A stretch of 64,000 bases of DNA from Saprospiraceae bacterium (GCA_031426295.1 JANPKZ010000012.1:6099-70098), one strand, 5' to 3'; shown: positions 18,939 to 30,047, counted from the stretch's first letter. Notes: generated by a model not told the origin, from the letters alone. Made by a program: numbers and translations.

Positions 18939-20045
18939 TTAAGCCGTGTTATAAGCGGAAGGTGTGGAGTCGGCCATCAGGTCGAGGTAAATCCGTCGAC
19001 CAATAATAAGAACCGAGCCGATGACTCCTCCAATGATCAGGCCGATGAGGATCGTTTTTATGAGAGACATTTCCACGGGCTGTATGGGGACAATCGGGGC
19101 ATCGATCACCTGGACAAAAGGTGTCTTGTTGCGCAGACTAAAATCTGCCACCTCACTGTTTTTTAAAACCTCTGCGTACATTGCTGTCAATGCAGTAACC
19201 TCTCGTTGCAGGCGTGTTCTCCCTACCTGATCTACCCGCATCAGCATGCCGCGATTCGAGTCTTCAAAGTTAGCCAGCTGATATTCTGTAGAACGAAGGA
19301 CACCCAATATCGAATCCCGCTTCATGCTCACAATCTTAAATGTCTTCAAGGATTTTTCAATAGACTTACTGATATAGTAGTCACTGAGAGACCGGAACAT
19401 TTTATTAGCCAGTTCCAGCGATAAACTTTCATTAATTGTCGTTGCGGAAAGCGTCATTATGTTGGTGTCCTCACTATAGTCCGTATTGATTAAAGCGGTT
19501 TCCGGATTGTCTTTGGAGCCAATAATTAATCCGTAAACGGCAGACAGCGCAGTGTTTTCTTCACGTGAAAATATCGAAAGACTGTCATGTGTAAACCTGA
19601 ATAGATCTTTAGAATTGTTTTCTTCATCTGGCACAGGGTCAAGACGGTATATCCTGATAATATGATTCGCGATGTAATCTTCCTTACCATCAATAGAAAT
19701 TTTAGCAAAAAGAGTTTGCTGTATTACCCTTCTTGATTTGCTTAATTCCAGGATTTTATCAAGATTATATCGGACCGGACGTACGCCACCCAGCCCAAAC
19801 TGGCTGAGCATACCGGTAAGGCCGGATGAGCTATTACCCTCGTCTTCATCTACCATAAAGGTTATCGTTGCCGGATAAACGGGAATATACTGGCTGTATT
19901 TATACAATTGGTAAGCAGCAACCAAAAGAGCGAAAAAGGCAGGAACATACCAATATCTGAATACTTCGTGTACATAGGACTTGCCCTTCAGGATGTAGTC
20001 CCGAAGAGAAGTCTGTTGCACGTAGTCAGGTTCGATATCTTGCAT
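18939..20045 (-). CDS. Putative polysaccharide chain-length determinant (Wzz-like)
   Basis: 368 aa. One TM helix near each end flanks a ~300-aa loop. It lies immediately downstream of rfbA. The assignment is by topology and context only. Confidence 0.45.
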   Translation of the reverse strand: MQDIEPDYVQQTSLRDYILKGKSYVHEVFRYWYVPAFFALLVAAYQLYKYSQYIPVYPATITFMVDEDEGNSSSGLTGMLSQFGLGGVRPVRYNLDKILELSKSRRVIQQTLFAKISIDGKEDYIANHIIRIYRLDPVPDEENNSKDLFRFTHDSLSIFSREENTALSAVYGLIIGSKDNPETALINTDYSEDTNIMTLSATTINESLSLELANKMFRSLSDYYISKSIEKSLKTFKIVSMKRDSILGVLRSTEYQLANFEDSNRGMLMRVDQVGRTRLQREVTALTAMYAEVLKNSEVADFSLRNKTPFVQVIDAPIVPIQPVEMSLIKTILIGLIIGGVIGSVLIIGRRIYLDLMADSTPSAYNTA

Positions 20046-20048
20046 TTA

Positions 20049-20912
20049 TCAGCTATTGATGATTTTCATCAGGTACTGGCCATACCCACTCTTTAACAAA
20101 GCCTGTGCCTGATCGAAAAGTTGTTCTTTCGTAATGTAGCCCATCCGATAAGCGACTTCTTCAATACAGCCCACCTTCAAACCTTGTCGCTTTTCAATGA
20201 TCCTGACAAATTCGGTAGCATCATGAAGACTGTCAAATGTTCCGGTATCGAGCCAGGCCGCACCACGTCCAAAAATTTTGACATTTAATCTGCCCTGCTC
20301 AAGATATACCCGGTTGACATCCGTGATCTCATACTCTCCTCGCGCGGAGGGCTTTAAGGTTCGGGCAACTTCAATCACAGAGTTATCATAAAAGTATAGA
20401 CCCGGAACAGCGTAATGGGATTTAGGTTGAGCTGGTTTTTCAACGATTTCGAGAGCTTTCATATTCTCGTCGAAAGACACCACGCCATATCGTTCAGGGT
20501 CTGAGACGGGATAAGCAAAGATGACGGCGCCCTTCGGGTTATGACAATCGGCCAGGAACGCGGGCATTTCTGTACGGTAGAATATATTGTCACCCAGGAT
20601 CAGGCAGACCGAATCATCCCCAACAAAATCGGCTCCGATAACAAAAGCCTGGGCCAGGCCATTAGGAACCGACTGGATCGCAAACTGAAACCGGCAACCT
20701 ACCTGGCTGCCATCTCCCAACAGCCTGACAAACCCATCATGATCCTCAGGGGTGGTGATAATCAGGATATCCTGAATGCCGGCCAGCATCAGCACCGATA
20801 AAGGATAATAGATCATGGGCTTATCGTAGACCGGGATAAGCTGCTTCGAAACCGCACGTGTAATGGGGTATAGACGGGTGCCGGATCCACCGGCGAGAAT
20901 TATGCCTTTCAC
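20049..20912 (-). CDS. rfbA: Glucose-1-phosphate thymidylyltransferase
   Basis: 287 aa. [18 protein letters not shown] start and RfbA-typical sequence throughout. Confidence 0.92.
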   Translation of the reverse strand: MKGIILAGGSGTRLYPITRAVSKQLIPVYDKPMIYYPLSVLMLAGIQDILIITTPEDHDGFVRLLGDGSQVGCRFQFAIQSVPNGLAQAFVIGADFVGDDSVCLILGDNIFYRTEMPAFLADCHNPKGAVIFAYPVSDPERYGVVSFDENMKALEIVEKPAQPKSHYAVPGLYFYDNSVIEVARTLKPSARGEYEITDVNRVYLEQGRLNVKIFGRGAAWLDTGTFDSLHDATEFVRIIEKRQGLKVGCIEEVAYRMGYITKEQLFDQAQALLKSGYGQYLMKIINS

Positions 20913-21014
20913 GATGTAAAGCTATAAACTAACAGAGAACATATAAGTCCCTCGTGTACTTCAAAACAAGCCGGGCATAAAATTCCTTTACTTTTGAAAC
21001 AGAGCAATTCTGAT

Positions 21015-21779
21015 ATGATCTATCATATACTAAATGGGGACGCCATTGCGGCACAACTTCCTGATGACCTTGACGGGATCCCAATTGTCATCCGGGAGGC
21101 TTTTGTTGAAGGACCTGTGTCCACTCAATTTTCAGATGACTTTTGGGAAGAACGTATTGCCTTTATCAACATCAATTACGAGGCGGACCACGAAGACTAT
21201 AAAGAACAGTTTTTGAGCCAGCTCGAAATGCTGGACCAGATCAAACCAGCAGACCGTGTGTATTTATGGTTTGAGGACGATCTGTTTTGTCTTATCAATA
21301 TGTTGTTTGTGATCACATATATATGCCAACACACACAACCGGAATTTTACAGGGTTTTTCCTGAAGCGGACAATCAGTTGTGGAAAGGATATGGAAGTGC
21401 AGACGAAAGCGAATTGATGTCTTCTTTTCAGACCAGCATTAAACTTGAAGCAGATGATGTAGAACTTGCCAACCAACTATGGGAAGCATATTGCAAAAAT
21501 GATCGTGAGAAATTGCAATCACTGGTTCACTCACATTCTGATGCATTTCGTTTTTTGCCTGAAGTAATCAATGCGCATATGCAACGCAATCCGTTAGGTG
21601 GTGGGCTTGGTCGTCCGCAGTTGACGCTTGTAGAAATATTAAAACACGGCAAGACGAATTTTTATGAGATCTATGAAGACTTCTGGCGCAAAGAGGCGAT
21701 CTATGGATTTGGAGATATGCAGGTATACAATATGCTCAAAGAAATGCAGATTGAATTTTCAGGAGAACCCGGGGATTAG
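21015..21779 (+). CDS. Hypothetical protein (DUF1835-like from memory)
   Basis: The MIYHILNGDA start resembles DUF1835 proteins. I prefer the ATG at 21015 over the TTG at 20994. Confidence 0.5.
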   Translation: MIYHILNGDAIAAQLPDDLDGIPIVIREAFVEGPVSTQFSDDFWEERIAFININYEADHEDYKEQFLSQLEMLDQIKPADRVYLWFEDDLFCLINMLFVITYICQHTQPEFYRVFPEADNQLWKGYGSADESELMSSFQTSIKLEADDVELANQLWEAYCKNDREKLQSLVHSHSDAFRFLPEVINAHMQRNPLGGGLGRPQLTLVEILKHGKTNFYEIYEDFWRKEAIYGFGDMQVYNMLKEMQIEFSGEPGD

Positions 21780-22273
21780 ATTGTGATCACAAACCGGGCA
21801 TAATATTTTTCATCCACAAGAATGTGGTAAGCCCCCGGCACAAGGCCTTCTGTCAGCATTCCGGATATACCTCCTTTAGAGGGTACATTATATTTGGTCA
21901 TAACAATTTTTCCAAACGCATCAATGATCTGTATTGTAGAGGCTGTGATTTCGCTGCCATACTCTACCATCAACATGCCACCTGATGTAAGCGGATTTGG
22001 GTAAACATGTAGTTTCTCTTTTCCGGAAAGTAATGGTTGCAGGCTTGTGGTTATTGCAACCGACACGATGTGTACATCCACAACAGATAAGGTTGCATCT
22101 GGTGTGATGTGATCTAGTGAGATGTGCCAGTCAAAAGGAGGAGGATAACCAGCTGCAGACTGGTGATCCATACCTCCGTTTGTCTGAGCAAACAAAGAAT
22201 GCGAAAAAAACAAGTGTATAAAAAAATATGGGGCGAGAATTCTTTTTACATAAGCCAAATCCATATAAGCCAA
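21776..22273 (-). CDS. Small secreted protein with a T9SS type-A C-terminal sorting domain
   Basis: 165 aa with a signal peptide. The C-terminal ~75 aa (LHVYPNPLTSGGMLMVEY...GAYHILV) match the Por secretion tail pattern. Confidence 0.6.
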   Translation of the reverse strand: MAYMDLAYVKRILAPYFFIHLFFSHSLFAQTNGGMDHQSAAGYPPPFDWHISLDHITPDATLSVVDVHIVSVAITTSLQPLLSGKEKLHVYPNPLTSGGMLMVEYGSEITASTIQIIDAFGKIVMTKYNVPSKGGISGMLTEGLVPGAYHILVDEKYYARFVITI

Positions 22274-22337
22274 TTTTCGTGTTGCTGCCTAATATCTTTA
22301 TAGACGAGTCAAAGAAAAATATGGTTGGGTATATGAA

Positions 22338-23375
22338 TTAAATTCTGGAAGGTCCAGATCCAACATGATCCGAAATGTAAACACCATCTGCACAAAATTT
22401 TGTGAGTTCAGCATTGATCCATGTTTGGATATCCTGCTGATATATTTTTGGATACAACAGATGAACGTTTGGTCCGGCATCAAGTGTAAAACACACGGGA
22501 ATTTTTGTTTCGTTTCGGAACTGCCAAATCTTTTTGATAATGGCAATGGTGTTTGGCTCCATCAATATAAACGGATTGGCGCCACTCATCATTAATGCGT
22601 GGAGCTGCAATGCTTCAGACTCACAGACAGAAATAAAAGCGTCGAGATCTTTTCCCGATCTCATGATCTCAACAAGCGACAAAATATTTTTGCCTGCCAG
22701 TTCATATCGTGTTGCCGCATAGGCCAGATCATTCATCATGCTATGGCCCAGGGTACTGGAAACACTTTTTTCTGATGCACTTACGATCAGGATTGTGTCC
22801 TGGTAATCATGAAATACTGATGCAATATTGTCCTGCCAGGGAATGGCATAATCGTCACTGCTTCCAGCTATTCCAGGTGAATGTCCCCAGATCGCGGCAA
22901 CCGGGAAAACAGACCGTGATGCGCTACCAGAACCAAGTCTTGCTAAAAGGGAAACATCCTGAAGCCATGGTTGATTTGTTTCCTGTTGTTTCTGTTCGAT
23001 TAGCTCATGAATATCGGAAAGACATAGTGCCATTGCGCTTAATGCACTGGCAGAGGAAGCGATCCCGGCACCGTGAGGAAAGGTATTTATGGAATCGATA
23101 AAAACAGAAGCAGATTTCAACCAGGGAAAACGATCGTCCAGCCGCTGAAAAAACGAATTGATCTTTGGTTCGAAAGCGGGTTTGGGCTTACCATCATAAT
23201 AGACCGTCACTCCCGGAGTACCTGCATTCAGAGAGACTTCCATTTTCATTTCCGTACGACATGCGGATAGGGTAAAGCTCAGGGAAGGATTCCGTGGTAA
23301 CTGGATTCCGTGTTTGCCCCAGTATTTGACGAGGGCGATATTAGAGGGGGATTGCCAGGCGGAGGTATAGGTCAT
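22338..23375 (-). CDS. mvaD: Diphosphomevalonate decarboxylase (GHMP kinase fold)
   Basis: 345 aa. NIALVKYWGK motif and the GHMP Gly/Ser-rich loop GAGIASSASA. Confidence 0.85.
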   Translation of the reverse strand: MTYTSAWQSPSNIALVKYWGKHGIQLPRNPSLSFTLSACRTEMKMEVSLNAGTPGVTVYYDGKPKPAFEPKINSFFQRLDDRFPWLKSASVFIDSINTFPHGAGIASSASALSAMALCLSDIHELIEQKQQETNQPWLQDVSLLARLGSGSASRSVFPVAAIWGHSPGIAGSSDDYAIPWQDNIASVFHDYQDTILIVSASEKSVSSTLGHSMMNDLAYAATRYELAGKNILSLVEIMRSGKDLDAFISVCESEALQLHALMMSGANPFILMEPNTIAIIKKIWQFRNETKIPVCFTLDAGPNVHLLYPKIYQQDIQTWINAELTKFCADGVYISDHVGSGPSRI

Positions 23376-23405
23376 TTACACGGAATAAGGTGTAAATGTA
23401 ATTTG

Positions 23406-24017
23406 TCATTGCACTTTTATCTCAAAATCACCAAGGATCATATCAAGGACCTTGTCTTCCCCGGGTGAATAGCCATCCTTGAGGTCATATCCGTATAGCT
23501 TGCCAACGGTTTGCCATTTGGTAGCAGTGAAGGTGCCGCGGACGCTTTTCAGGACCTCATACATTGAGGTGTCGAGGTGCCGTTCGATCATTTTCACCAG
23601 GATCTTACCCTGGGTGCGTGACATATCTTTCAACGGATCGGTAAACTCTTCTTTGACGTCCTTCTGGAGGTTTTTCGCATATCTCCTGGCCTCGCCCTTT
23701 TTCATGCCGGCGGTTTCACGCTCATATTGACGATACAGCTTGATGCTCTGTATGGCATAGGGGAGCACCTGGGCTGCATATCGGCGATAGCGCATGTACT
23801 GGCGGTACTCTTCATCATTGGCAAAAACACGGGGTGCCTTGACGACGACCTCAGGAATCGTAGCAACGATAATGGTATCATTTCCTTCTATGCGGACCCT
23901 CATGACACGGCCATCATTATAGACAAGCGTTGTGTCATACACAGGTGACTGAGCCGATATAGAGCCGGCAAGCAAGAAAAGCCAGAAAACGCAGGTGAGG
24001 TAGAATGCGTGCTTCAT
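23406..24017 (-). CDS. Hypothetical secreted protein (DUF4294-like from memory)
   Basis: 203 aa with a signal peptide and a basic helical region. No motif recognised. Confidence 0.45.
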   Translation of the reverse strand: MKHAFYLTCVFWLFLLAGSISAQSPVYDTTLVYNDGRVMRVRIEGNDTIIVATIPEVVVKAPRVFANDEEYRQYMRYRRYAAQVLPYAIQSIKLYRQYERETAGMKKGEARRYAKNLQKDVKEEFTDPLKDMSRTQGKILVKMIERHLDTSMYEVLKSVRGTFTATKWQTVGKLYGYDLKDGYSPGEDKVLDMILGDFEIKVQ

Positions 24018-24093
24018 GTGGATAGTAACGACGAAGATACTGATGTAGTTTGTCGCGCTGCACCTCCTATGCCTAATAAACTGTCAAACATAA

Positions 24094-27000
24094 TTACCGA
24101 ACAAGCGTGAGGCTTCCCGACTTCACCTCGGACCGCATATCACCGCGATGGAGATATTCCAGCTGCATGAAATAGGTAAATACTGCAGGATTCAAATAAT
24201 TTCCCTGAAAACTACCATCCCAAGAAACAGGTAGTGTTTTACTTTCATAAACGAGTGTGCCCCACCGATCAAAGATCGAACATGTAATAGCCGTCAGTTC
24301 AAGATCTGATCCGGGGATAATAGTAAATACATCATTCACATTATCGCCATTTGGACTAAAGACATCAGGAACATACAGATTGTTGAACAGGATACAATCT
24401 GTTCCAAAGACTATCTCTGCCTCCTGATCATCAGATGTGCAGTCAGTAGAAATAGTTACTGCATATGTGCCGGGTGTATTGACAGACAATGTGGGCAAAA
24501 CAGATCCATTACTCCATATGTACTGCGCAGAAAAATCCTGAGTAGCATCCAGCGTTATAATATCACCTTCACAAATTGAAATCATTGGGTCTAAATTGAT
24601 AACGGAAGTATGTGAATCTATCTCAAGCACTAATTCATCTGAAGCAGTACCACAATCATTAGATATGGTCAGGGAATAAATTTGCGCAGCATCTGCAACG
24701 AACGTCAGAGCATTTGATCCATCATGCCACACAATCATATCATTTGTACTGGGTGCAACAAGGGTTAATGATTCACCATTGCATAATACTGTATCGGAAC
24801 CTAAATTAAATGCAGCAGGTGCATTCACATACGAAACAACGATCGTATCAGCACCCGCACCACAATGATTTGTTTCACTCAAATAATACTCGCCAGGCTG
24901 TATTACTGGAAATTGAGCTAACGCGGAACCATCCTGCCATAGAATGGTTGTAAAAGCATCAGCATCTGATGTCAGGACCATTGTGTTCCCCTCGCATAAA
25001 GACGTATCAGGACCAAGTGCAGGGTTGGGTATTGTACCAGAAATAGTTACCAATACAGAATCAATATCTGAACCACATGCATTCGTAACCTCCAGGATGT
25101 ACAATCCGGAAACCGAAACTAAATAATCAGGGTTAGTGCTTCCGTCCTGCCATTCATACACTACTCCCCCAATACCGGCCTCAAGTGAAATCACATCACC
25201 ATCACATGCTATCACATCAGGACCTAATTCTATCTGAGGCTCGGTAGCATCATCGAATATTGTCATGGCATCTGTAGATGAGCCACACTCATTTGATATG
25301 GTCAGAATTATGTTTCCTGAAACAGACGTTGTAAAAGTTGGTAACCCACTTCCATCATGCCACAAATAATCTACATCAGCAATACCCGGATTAATGATAA
25401 TAGTTTCTCCGGGGCAGAGCGGTTGATCAATACCCAGATCCAATAGAGGAATGTCAGGCAACAGGGTCACTAAAATAGAATCGGATGAAGAACCGCATGT
25501 ATTCGCAATCGTTGCATAAAACAATCCGGAGGTATCAATAAGAAAATTCGGAGTTATAGAACCATTACTCCAGGCAATACTCACATCTGGCAAAGAAATA
25601 GTCAGTGTGAAACTTTCACCATTACAAAGAGTTGTATCCTGTCCTAAATCTAAAGAGGCCACATCTGCAAGACCTGTAATATCAATCGTATCAGAGACTA
25701 CACCACAATCATTTGTCACGAAAGCAATCACCTGGCCAGGTGATGAAATTGTGATATCTGCATTCGTTGATCCATTCTGCCACAACCATGAAATGACATT
25801 CGCACTTATGGGTTGAAGGTGAAATACATCTGCAGGGCATAGTGAGGTGTCTTGTCCAAGATCAACAGAAGGAAGCGGACCCAGATCAATCACCTGTACA
25901 TTATCATTTGCAGTGCCACAGGAATTACTAACCGTAAGTCCATAGACGCCGGGCGTTGAAACAGATAATGATGGGGCAGAAGAACCGTCACTCCAAAGGA
26001 ATGTAACTCCTGAGATCCCTGATTCGATCAAAACGGTTTCACCATCGCATAGTGGTAATGTCGTGGGAAGATCAACTGCAGGCGGGGTATTGTCAATTAT
26101 AACATTCACCGTATCTGAGGCACTACTGCACATATCTGATATTTGTAACCAATACGTTCCAGATGAAGTCACATTCAAGGAATCTGCAATGGTACCATTC
26201 TGCCATGAGTAATTTACACCAGGAGTGTTAGCATAAAACGTATACAGTTCACCCGGGCAGACCAAAACATCCGCTCCCAGATCCGGGTTGGCAAGTGGCG
26301 ACAAATAGTCAATCGTGACCTGATCAATCCCTACACCACAATCATCCGTAACCGTAACGGAATATGTGCCGGGAGCACTCACTAAAAAATCAGTATTAGT
26401 CGAACCATCCTGCCACACATAATTTCCTGTAACGCCATTTCCTGTGAGTGTAAGAGTTTGTCCTGCACAAAGTGTCTGATCAAAAGGGAGCTGAATGAGT
26501 GGAGGTATGTTTTGTGTGACAACTTCAAGATCATCACTCACCGAAAAACACGAATTATAAACCGTGACACTATATGCGCCGGCTGTCTGTACTTCATATG
26601 TTGGATCCAATGATCCATCCTGCCATGTGTAACTTTCAGCATAAAGCACATTTACCACACTCAGCGTCACAGGCAATTCACCCGAACACAAATAAATATC
26701 CTGACCTAAATCAAAAGACGGTTCATAGACCACAGTCACATTTATATCGGCGGAATTCGGACCACATAAATTTGTAATAGTCAACGAATACAAACCCGGA
26801 TCTGAAATAGAGTAGAAATTATCTGTTGATCCATCCTGCCACACAAAACTGCCAAGATCCTGGTCGAATTCAAGATCAATAAAATCTCCGTCACACAAAT
26901 CCTGTTCATCAGGACCCAAAGAAAATTCAGGCACACCCAACGCTTCTATTTCGATATCAGCCACCACCTCTCCACATTCATTACTAATCGTAAGTGAATA

Positions 27001-28251
27001 TATACCACCATCCGTTATCGTATAGGAATTAGAATGGGAATTATTCTGCCAGGTAAAATCTCCCAGATCAGGATCGAAATTATATTCGATTTCATCGCCT
27101 TCACACAAGTAGGTATCTGCACCCAGCGTAAAAGGCTCAGGTAGTGCTACAACAGTTACAAGTACTTCATCTGTGGATACAGCACATCCATCATCCAGGG
27201 ATACAGAATAAAGGCCACTTTCAGTTATGGTATAATCGGTGTCATTAGAACCATCCTGCCATGTGTAATCACCCAGATCAGGATCCAACTCAATGTCATA
27301 TGATTCACCTTCGCAGAAGACCGTGGCAGCAGGGCCAATCTCAACAGGAGCATTGCCGGAAATAATAACTTCAACAGAATCGATCCCGATTGAACATCCA
27401 CTGGTAACGGTTAATGTATATGTCCCTGATTCCGTAACAACAAGTGTTTCGCCGATGCTTCCGTCCTCCCAGTGATAATTGACATCGTCAACGTCGGGAT
27501 CGATTTCATAGGAGTAACATGCATAGACCTCATCACCCAGTTCAAGGTCGATCTGGCCCGGAGGCCCGCCTTTCTCTACAAATACGTCATCGAGGTAATA
27601 ATAAGAAGAAGCACCCTGCTGACAGGTTGGATCCAGCTGGGTTTCCAGGTCATCATTATAATTTCCGATCGTGATATACTGCTCCCCACCCGTAGGAACG
27701 TAACAATATTGCAACAAGACCCATTCATTCGTTTCGCTGATCATTTGAGGAAAGAGAACCTGGGGTGTCACGGGTATGGGGGTAATGCCATTCCAGACAG
27801 GGGGTACGTTTGATATATAAATACCCAGGTTTGTTATGCCACAATAATTATCAGCAAGGCTGATATACATCGTGATCAGATAACTGAAATTTACATCCAT
27901 CGGTTCCGACAGCACTGTCTGCAGATACTCCCGGTATTCAAATTGGTTGTATCGTGCAAAAAAACCACCATACGCACTGCCGGAGTGGGCCGGCTGGGAA
28001 CCAAAGAAATTAAGAGGCACACCCACAAAATTTGGAGCAGAACATTCGTGGAAATAATCCGAAGTGCCGGCTGAACCACTCTGCCATGGTGCACCTTCAA
28101 GTGGTCCGCCCTGGCCAAAGCCAGTGGGACAAGATGTAAAAAATTCAAAGTCAGGATTAGGTACAATGTTCTGCGCTGACAATATCAACGAGCAGCAGAA
28201 GAAAGCCAGGAAAATTATTTCCCGAAGCCTTTGGGTGAGAGCGACGCGCAT
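24094..28251 (-). CDS. Giant cell-surface repeat protein with a gliding-motility-associated (T9SS type-B) C-terminal domain
   Basis: 1385 aa. Signal peptide, ~230-aa N-terminal domain, 15 tandem ~70-aa modules, and a C-terminal ...VFSPNGDNVNDVF...DRWG... type-B CTD. Confidence 0.85.
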   Translation of the reverse strand: MRVALTQRLREIIFLAFFCCSLILSAQNIVPNPDFEFFTSCPTGFGQGGPLEGAPWQSGSAGTSDYFHECSAPNFVGVPLNFFGSQPAHSGSAYGGFFARYNQFEYREYLQTVLSEPMDVNFSYLITMYISLADNYCGITNLGIYISNVPPVWNGITPIPVTPQVLFPQMISETNEWVLLQYCYVPTGGEQYITIGNYNDDLETQLDPTCQQGASSYYYLDDVFVEKGGPPGQIDLELGDEVYACYSYEIDPDVDDVNYHWEDGSIGETLVVTESGTYTLTVTSGCSIGIDSVEVIISGNAPVEIGPAATVFCEGESYDIELDPDLGDYTWQDGSNDTDYTITESGLYSVSLDDGCAVSTDEVLVTVVALPEPFTLGADTYLCEGDEIEYNFDPDLGDFTWQNNSHSNSYTITDGGIYSLTISNECGEVVADIEIEALGVPEFSLGPDEQDLCDGDFIDLEFDQDLGSFVWQDGSTDNFYSISDPGLYSLTITNLCGPNSADINVTVVYEPSFDLGQDIYLCSGELPVTLSVVNVLYAESYTWQDGSLDPTYEVQTAGAYSVTVYNSCFSVSDDLEVVTQNIPPLIQLPFDQTLCAGQTLTLTGNGVTGNYVWQDGSTNTDFLVSAPGTYSVTVTDDCGVGIDQVTIDYLSPLANPDLGADVLVCPGELYTFYANTPGVNYSWQNGTIADSLNVTSSGTYWLQISDMCSSASDTVNVIIDNTPPAVDLPTTLPLCDGETVLIESGISGVTFLWSDGSSAPSLSVSTPGVYGLTVSNSCGTANDNVQVIDLGPLPSVDLGQDTSLCPADVFHLQPISANVISWLWQNGSTNADITISSPGQVIAFVTNDCGVVSDTIDITGLADVASLDLGQDTTLCNGESFTLTISLPDVSIAWSNGSITPNFLIDTSGLFYATIANTCGSSSDSILVTLLPDIPLLDLGIDQPLCPGETIIINPGIADVDYLWHDGSGLPTFTTSVSGNIILTISNECGSSTDAMTIFDDATEPQIELGPDVIACDGDVISLEAGIGGVVYEWQDGSTNPDYLVSVSGLYILEVTNACGSDIDSVLVTISGTIPNPALGPDTSLCEGNTMVLTSDADAFTTILWQDGSALAQFPVIQPGEYYLSETNHCGAGADTIVVSYVNAPAAFNLGSDTVLCNGESLTLVAPSTNDMIVWHDGSNALTFVADAAQIYSLTISNDCGTASDELVLEIDSHTSVINLDPMISICEGDIITLDATQDFSAQYIWSNGSVLPTLSVNTPGTYAVTISTDCTSDDQEAEIVFGTDCILFNNLYVPDVFSPNGDNVNDVFTIIPGSDLELTAITCSIFDRWGTLVYESKTLPVSWDGSFQGNYLNPAVFTYFMQLEYLHRGDMRSEVKSGSLTLVR
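24384..27558 (-). repeat. About 15 tandem ~210-nt coding modules inside the adhesin gene (approximate bounds)
   Basis: Recurrent module pattern: LGxD..C.G......Y.WQDGS....Y.V...G.Y.(L/V)T(V/I).N.CG...D. Confidence 0.85.
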
Positions 28252-28415
28252 GAAAAGTTGAATTTAAAAAAGAAAGCGCAGGGGGTAGTGAAAGATAACA
28301 AATAAGACTCGGTCCCTGACGAAAACATGCCAATGGTGAACTTATGGTGTGGAGGTAAGACAACAAAAGCACAGGATTCGCTGCCGCATGGTTAGGATAA
28401 AAGAAATATTGGGAG

Positions 28416-29366
28416 TTACGCGATCAGTCTCTCAAGCAATTTTTTAGTTGCGATGATACCCTCATCTTCCGACAACCGGCTCCCTTCATATTCTATGCCG
28501 ATGAAGCCACTATAGTCTGATGCATTTACAATATTCAGCATACGTTCAAAATCAATTGTGGTTTCGTTGCCCGCTGCATCAAAGTCATAACTTTTAGCAC
28601 TGACACCCTTTGCATAGGGCATCATTTCCTGGATGCCTTTGTACCGATCATATTCTTCGACACAAGTTTTAGCCCATTGGGCACCCTCTCCTCGGCGGAT
28701 ACAAAAATTTCCAAAATCCGGTAATGTGCCGCAGTTGGGCATATTGATTTCTTTCATCACATCCGCTAACCAGCTGCCATCAGAAGAATATCCTCCGTGA
28801 TTTTCAACAATCACGTTTATGCCAAATGGTTTCGCGAATGTTGCAAGACTGCCCAGGCTCTCTACAGCAGCCGTATGCATACCTGCACGATCGTGAACAG
28901 AACTGAATGCATTTACACGGATGGAATGACATCCAAGTGTTTTTGCAGCTTCCACCCATTTATGGTGATTGTTGACAGCTTCCTTACGCACTGCTTCATT
29001 TACTTCGGCAAGACCACCTTCACCGTCAATCATGATGAGAAGTTGTTTCACCCCAACATCGCTGCTTCTTTTATTCATTTGAGCCAGGTAGGTCGCGTTC
29101 CTTGCTTTGTCTTTGAAGAATACATTGACATATTCTACTGCATGAATGCCGAAGGAATGTGCTTTTTGTGCAAAATCAAGATGGTCAAGTTGCCCACCCT
29201 GCAACGCCTTATGAAGACTCCATTGTGCGAGGGAAATGCGAAACCTGGGACTTGTGTCCCTGTTAAGATCTTCTGATGTCTTTGGCATACATGAAGGTAG
29301 TAAGGAAAGGGCGGCAGCGCCCATGGCGGTATTGCGTATGAAAGAACGTCTGTCCCAGTGTATCAT
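28416..29366 (-). CDS. Tat-exported sugar phosphate isomerase/epimerase (xylose-isomerase-like TIM barrel)
   Basis: 316 aa. Twin-arginine leader (DRRSFIRNTAMGAAALSLL) and TIM-barrel-type segments (IVENHGG, IGIEYEG). Confidence 0.75.
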   Translation of the reverse strand: MIHWDRRSFIRNTAMGAAALSLLPSCMPKTSEDLNRDTSPRFRISLAQWSLHKALQGGQLDHLDFAQKAHSFGIHAVEYVNVFFKDKARNATYLAQMNKRSSDVGVKQLLIMIDGEGGLAEVNEAVRKEAVNNHHKWVEAAKTLGCHSIRVNAFSSVHDRAGMHTAAVESLGSLATFAKPFGINVIVENHGGYSSDGSWLADVMKEINMPNCGTLPDFGNFCIRRGEGAQWAKTCVEEYDRYKGIQEMMPYAKGVSAKSYDFDAAGNETTIDFERMLNIVNASDYSGFIGIEYEGSRLSEDEGIIATKKLLERLIA

Positions 29367-29414
29367 ATTTGCTGTATTAAAAATATAATTACATAAAGTA
29401 GTAAACTTAAAATA

Positions 29415-30047
29415 CTACTTAAGTTCTACCAGCCCGTTCAGAAGCTCTTCTACGACGGGAATATTGGCATCAATACTTTCTTTAGAAGAATACACGAGAA
29501 ACTGTACCGAAGCCGTATCGGTCGTATAGTAGTAGCCATAGTAGGAGAACAGAATATCGGCAATCGTACCAGTCATATGCATCATCAGTACATTCAGACC
29601 ATTGACATTCCTGTATTCCTTATGCACTACTTTGATATCAGGTGCCGCATCACGCGCATTTTCCAATGCAATATTGGCTAGTCCTTCCAATGAAATTTTG
29701 AGGCGCTCGGTCAGGATGAGCGCGTACAGACCGAGCTCCTTGTTGTCAATCTCAAACTCTGCGGGATCGGATGGAGGGGCTTGTTGGAAAGTCCATTTTT
29801 TAGGATCGAGATAACAACCGATTTCCATCCGTGTGCTCTTTAAAAGGAAAGAAGACTTTTTGTTTTTTTCAAAAGGCTGCGAATTGGTTGGGATGGATGT
29901 AATCTCTATACTATCCTTGTTGACATAGTCCCAACGACCGTCGACGTACAAAATAACCTCCTCTCCCGTTTCCGTCACTGCCCGTTGTTGGGCAAACAAG
30001 GCATATCCAAATACTGTGAAGCAAATCAGCGGGAAAAGTTTCTTCAT
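29415..30047 (-). CDS. Hypothetical secreted protein
   Basis: 210 aa with a signal peptide. No family recognised. Confidence 0.5.
   Translation of the reverse strand: MKKLFPLICFTVFGYALFAQQRAVTETGEEVILYVDGRWDYVNKDSIEITSIPTNSQPFEKNKKSSFLLKSTRMEIGCYLDPKKWTFQQAPPSDPAEFEIDNKELGLYALILTERLKISLEGLANIALENARDAAPDIKVVHKEYRNVNGLNVLMMHMTGTIADILFSYYGYYYTTDTASVQFLVYSSKESIDANIPVVEELLNGLVELK

Noticed and set aside
24384-27558. CRISPR-like or other non-coding tandem array suggested by regular ~210-nt and 225-nt periodicity (also 55447-57021)
   Set aside because: Both arrays lie in long uninterrupted ORFs and encode conserved protein modules. There are no short direct repeats with unique spacers and no cas genes.
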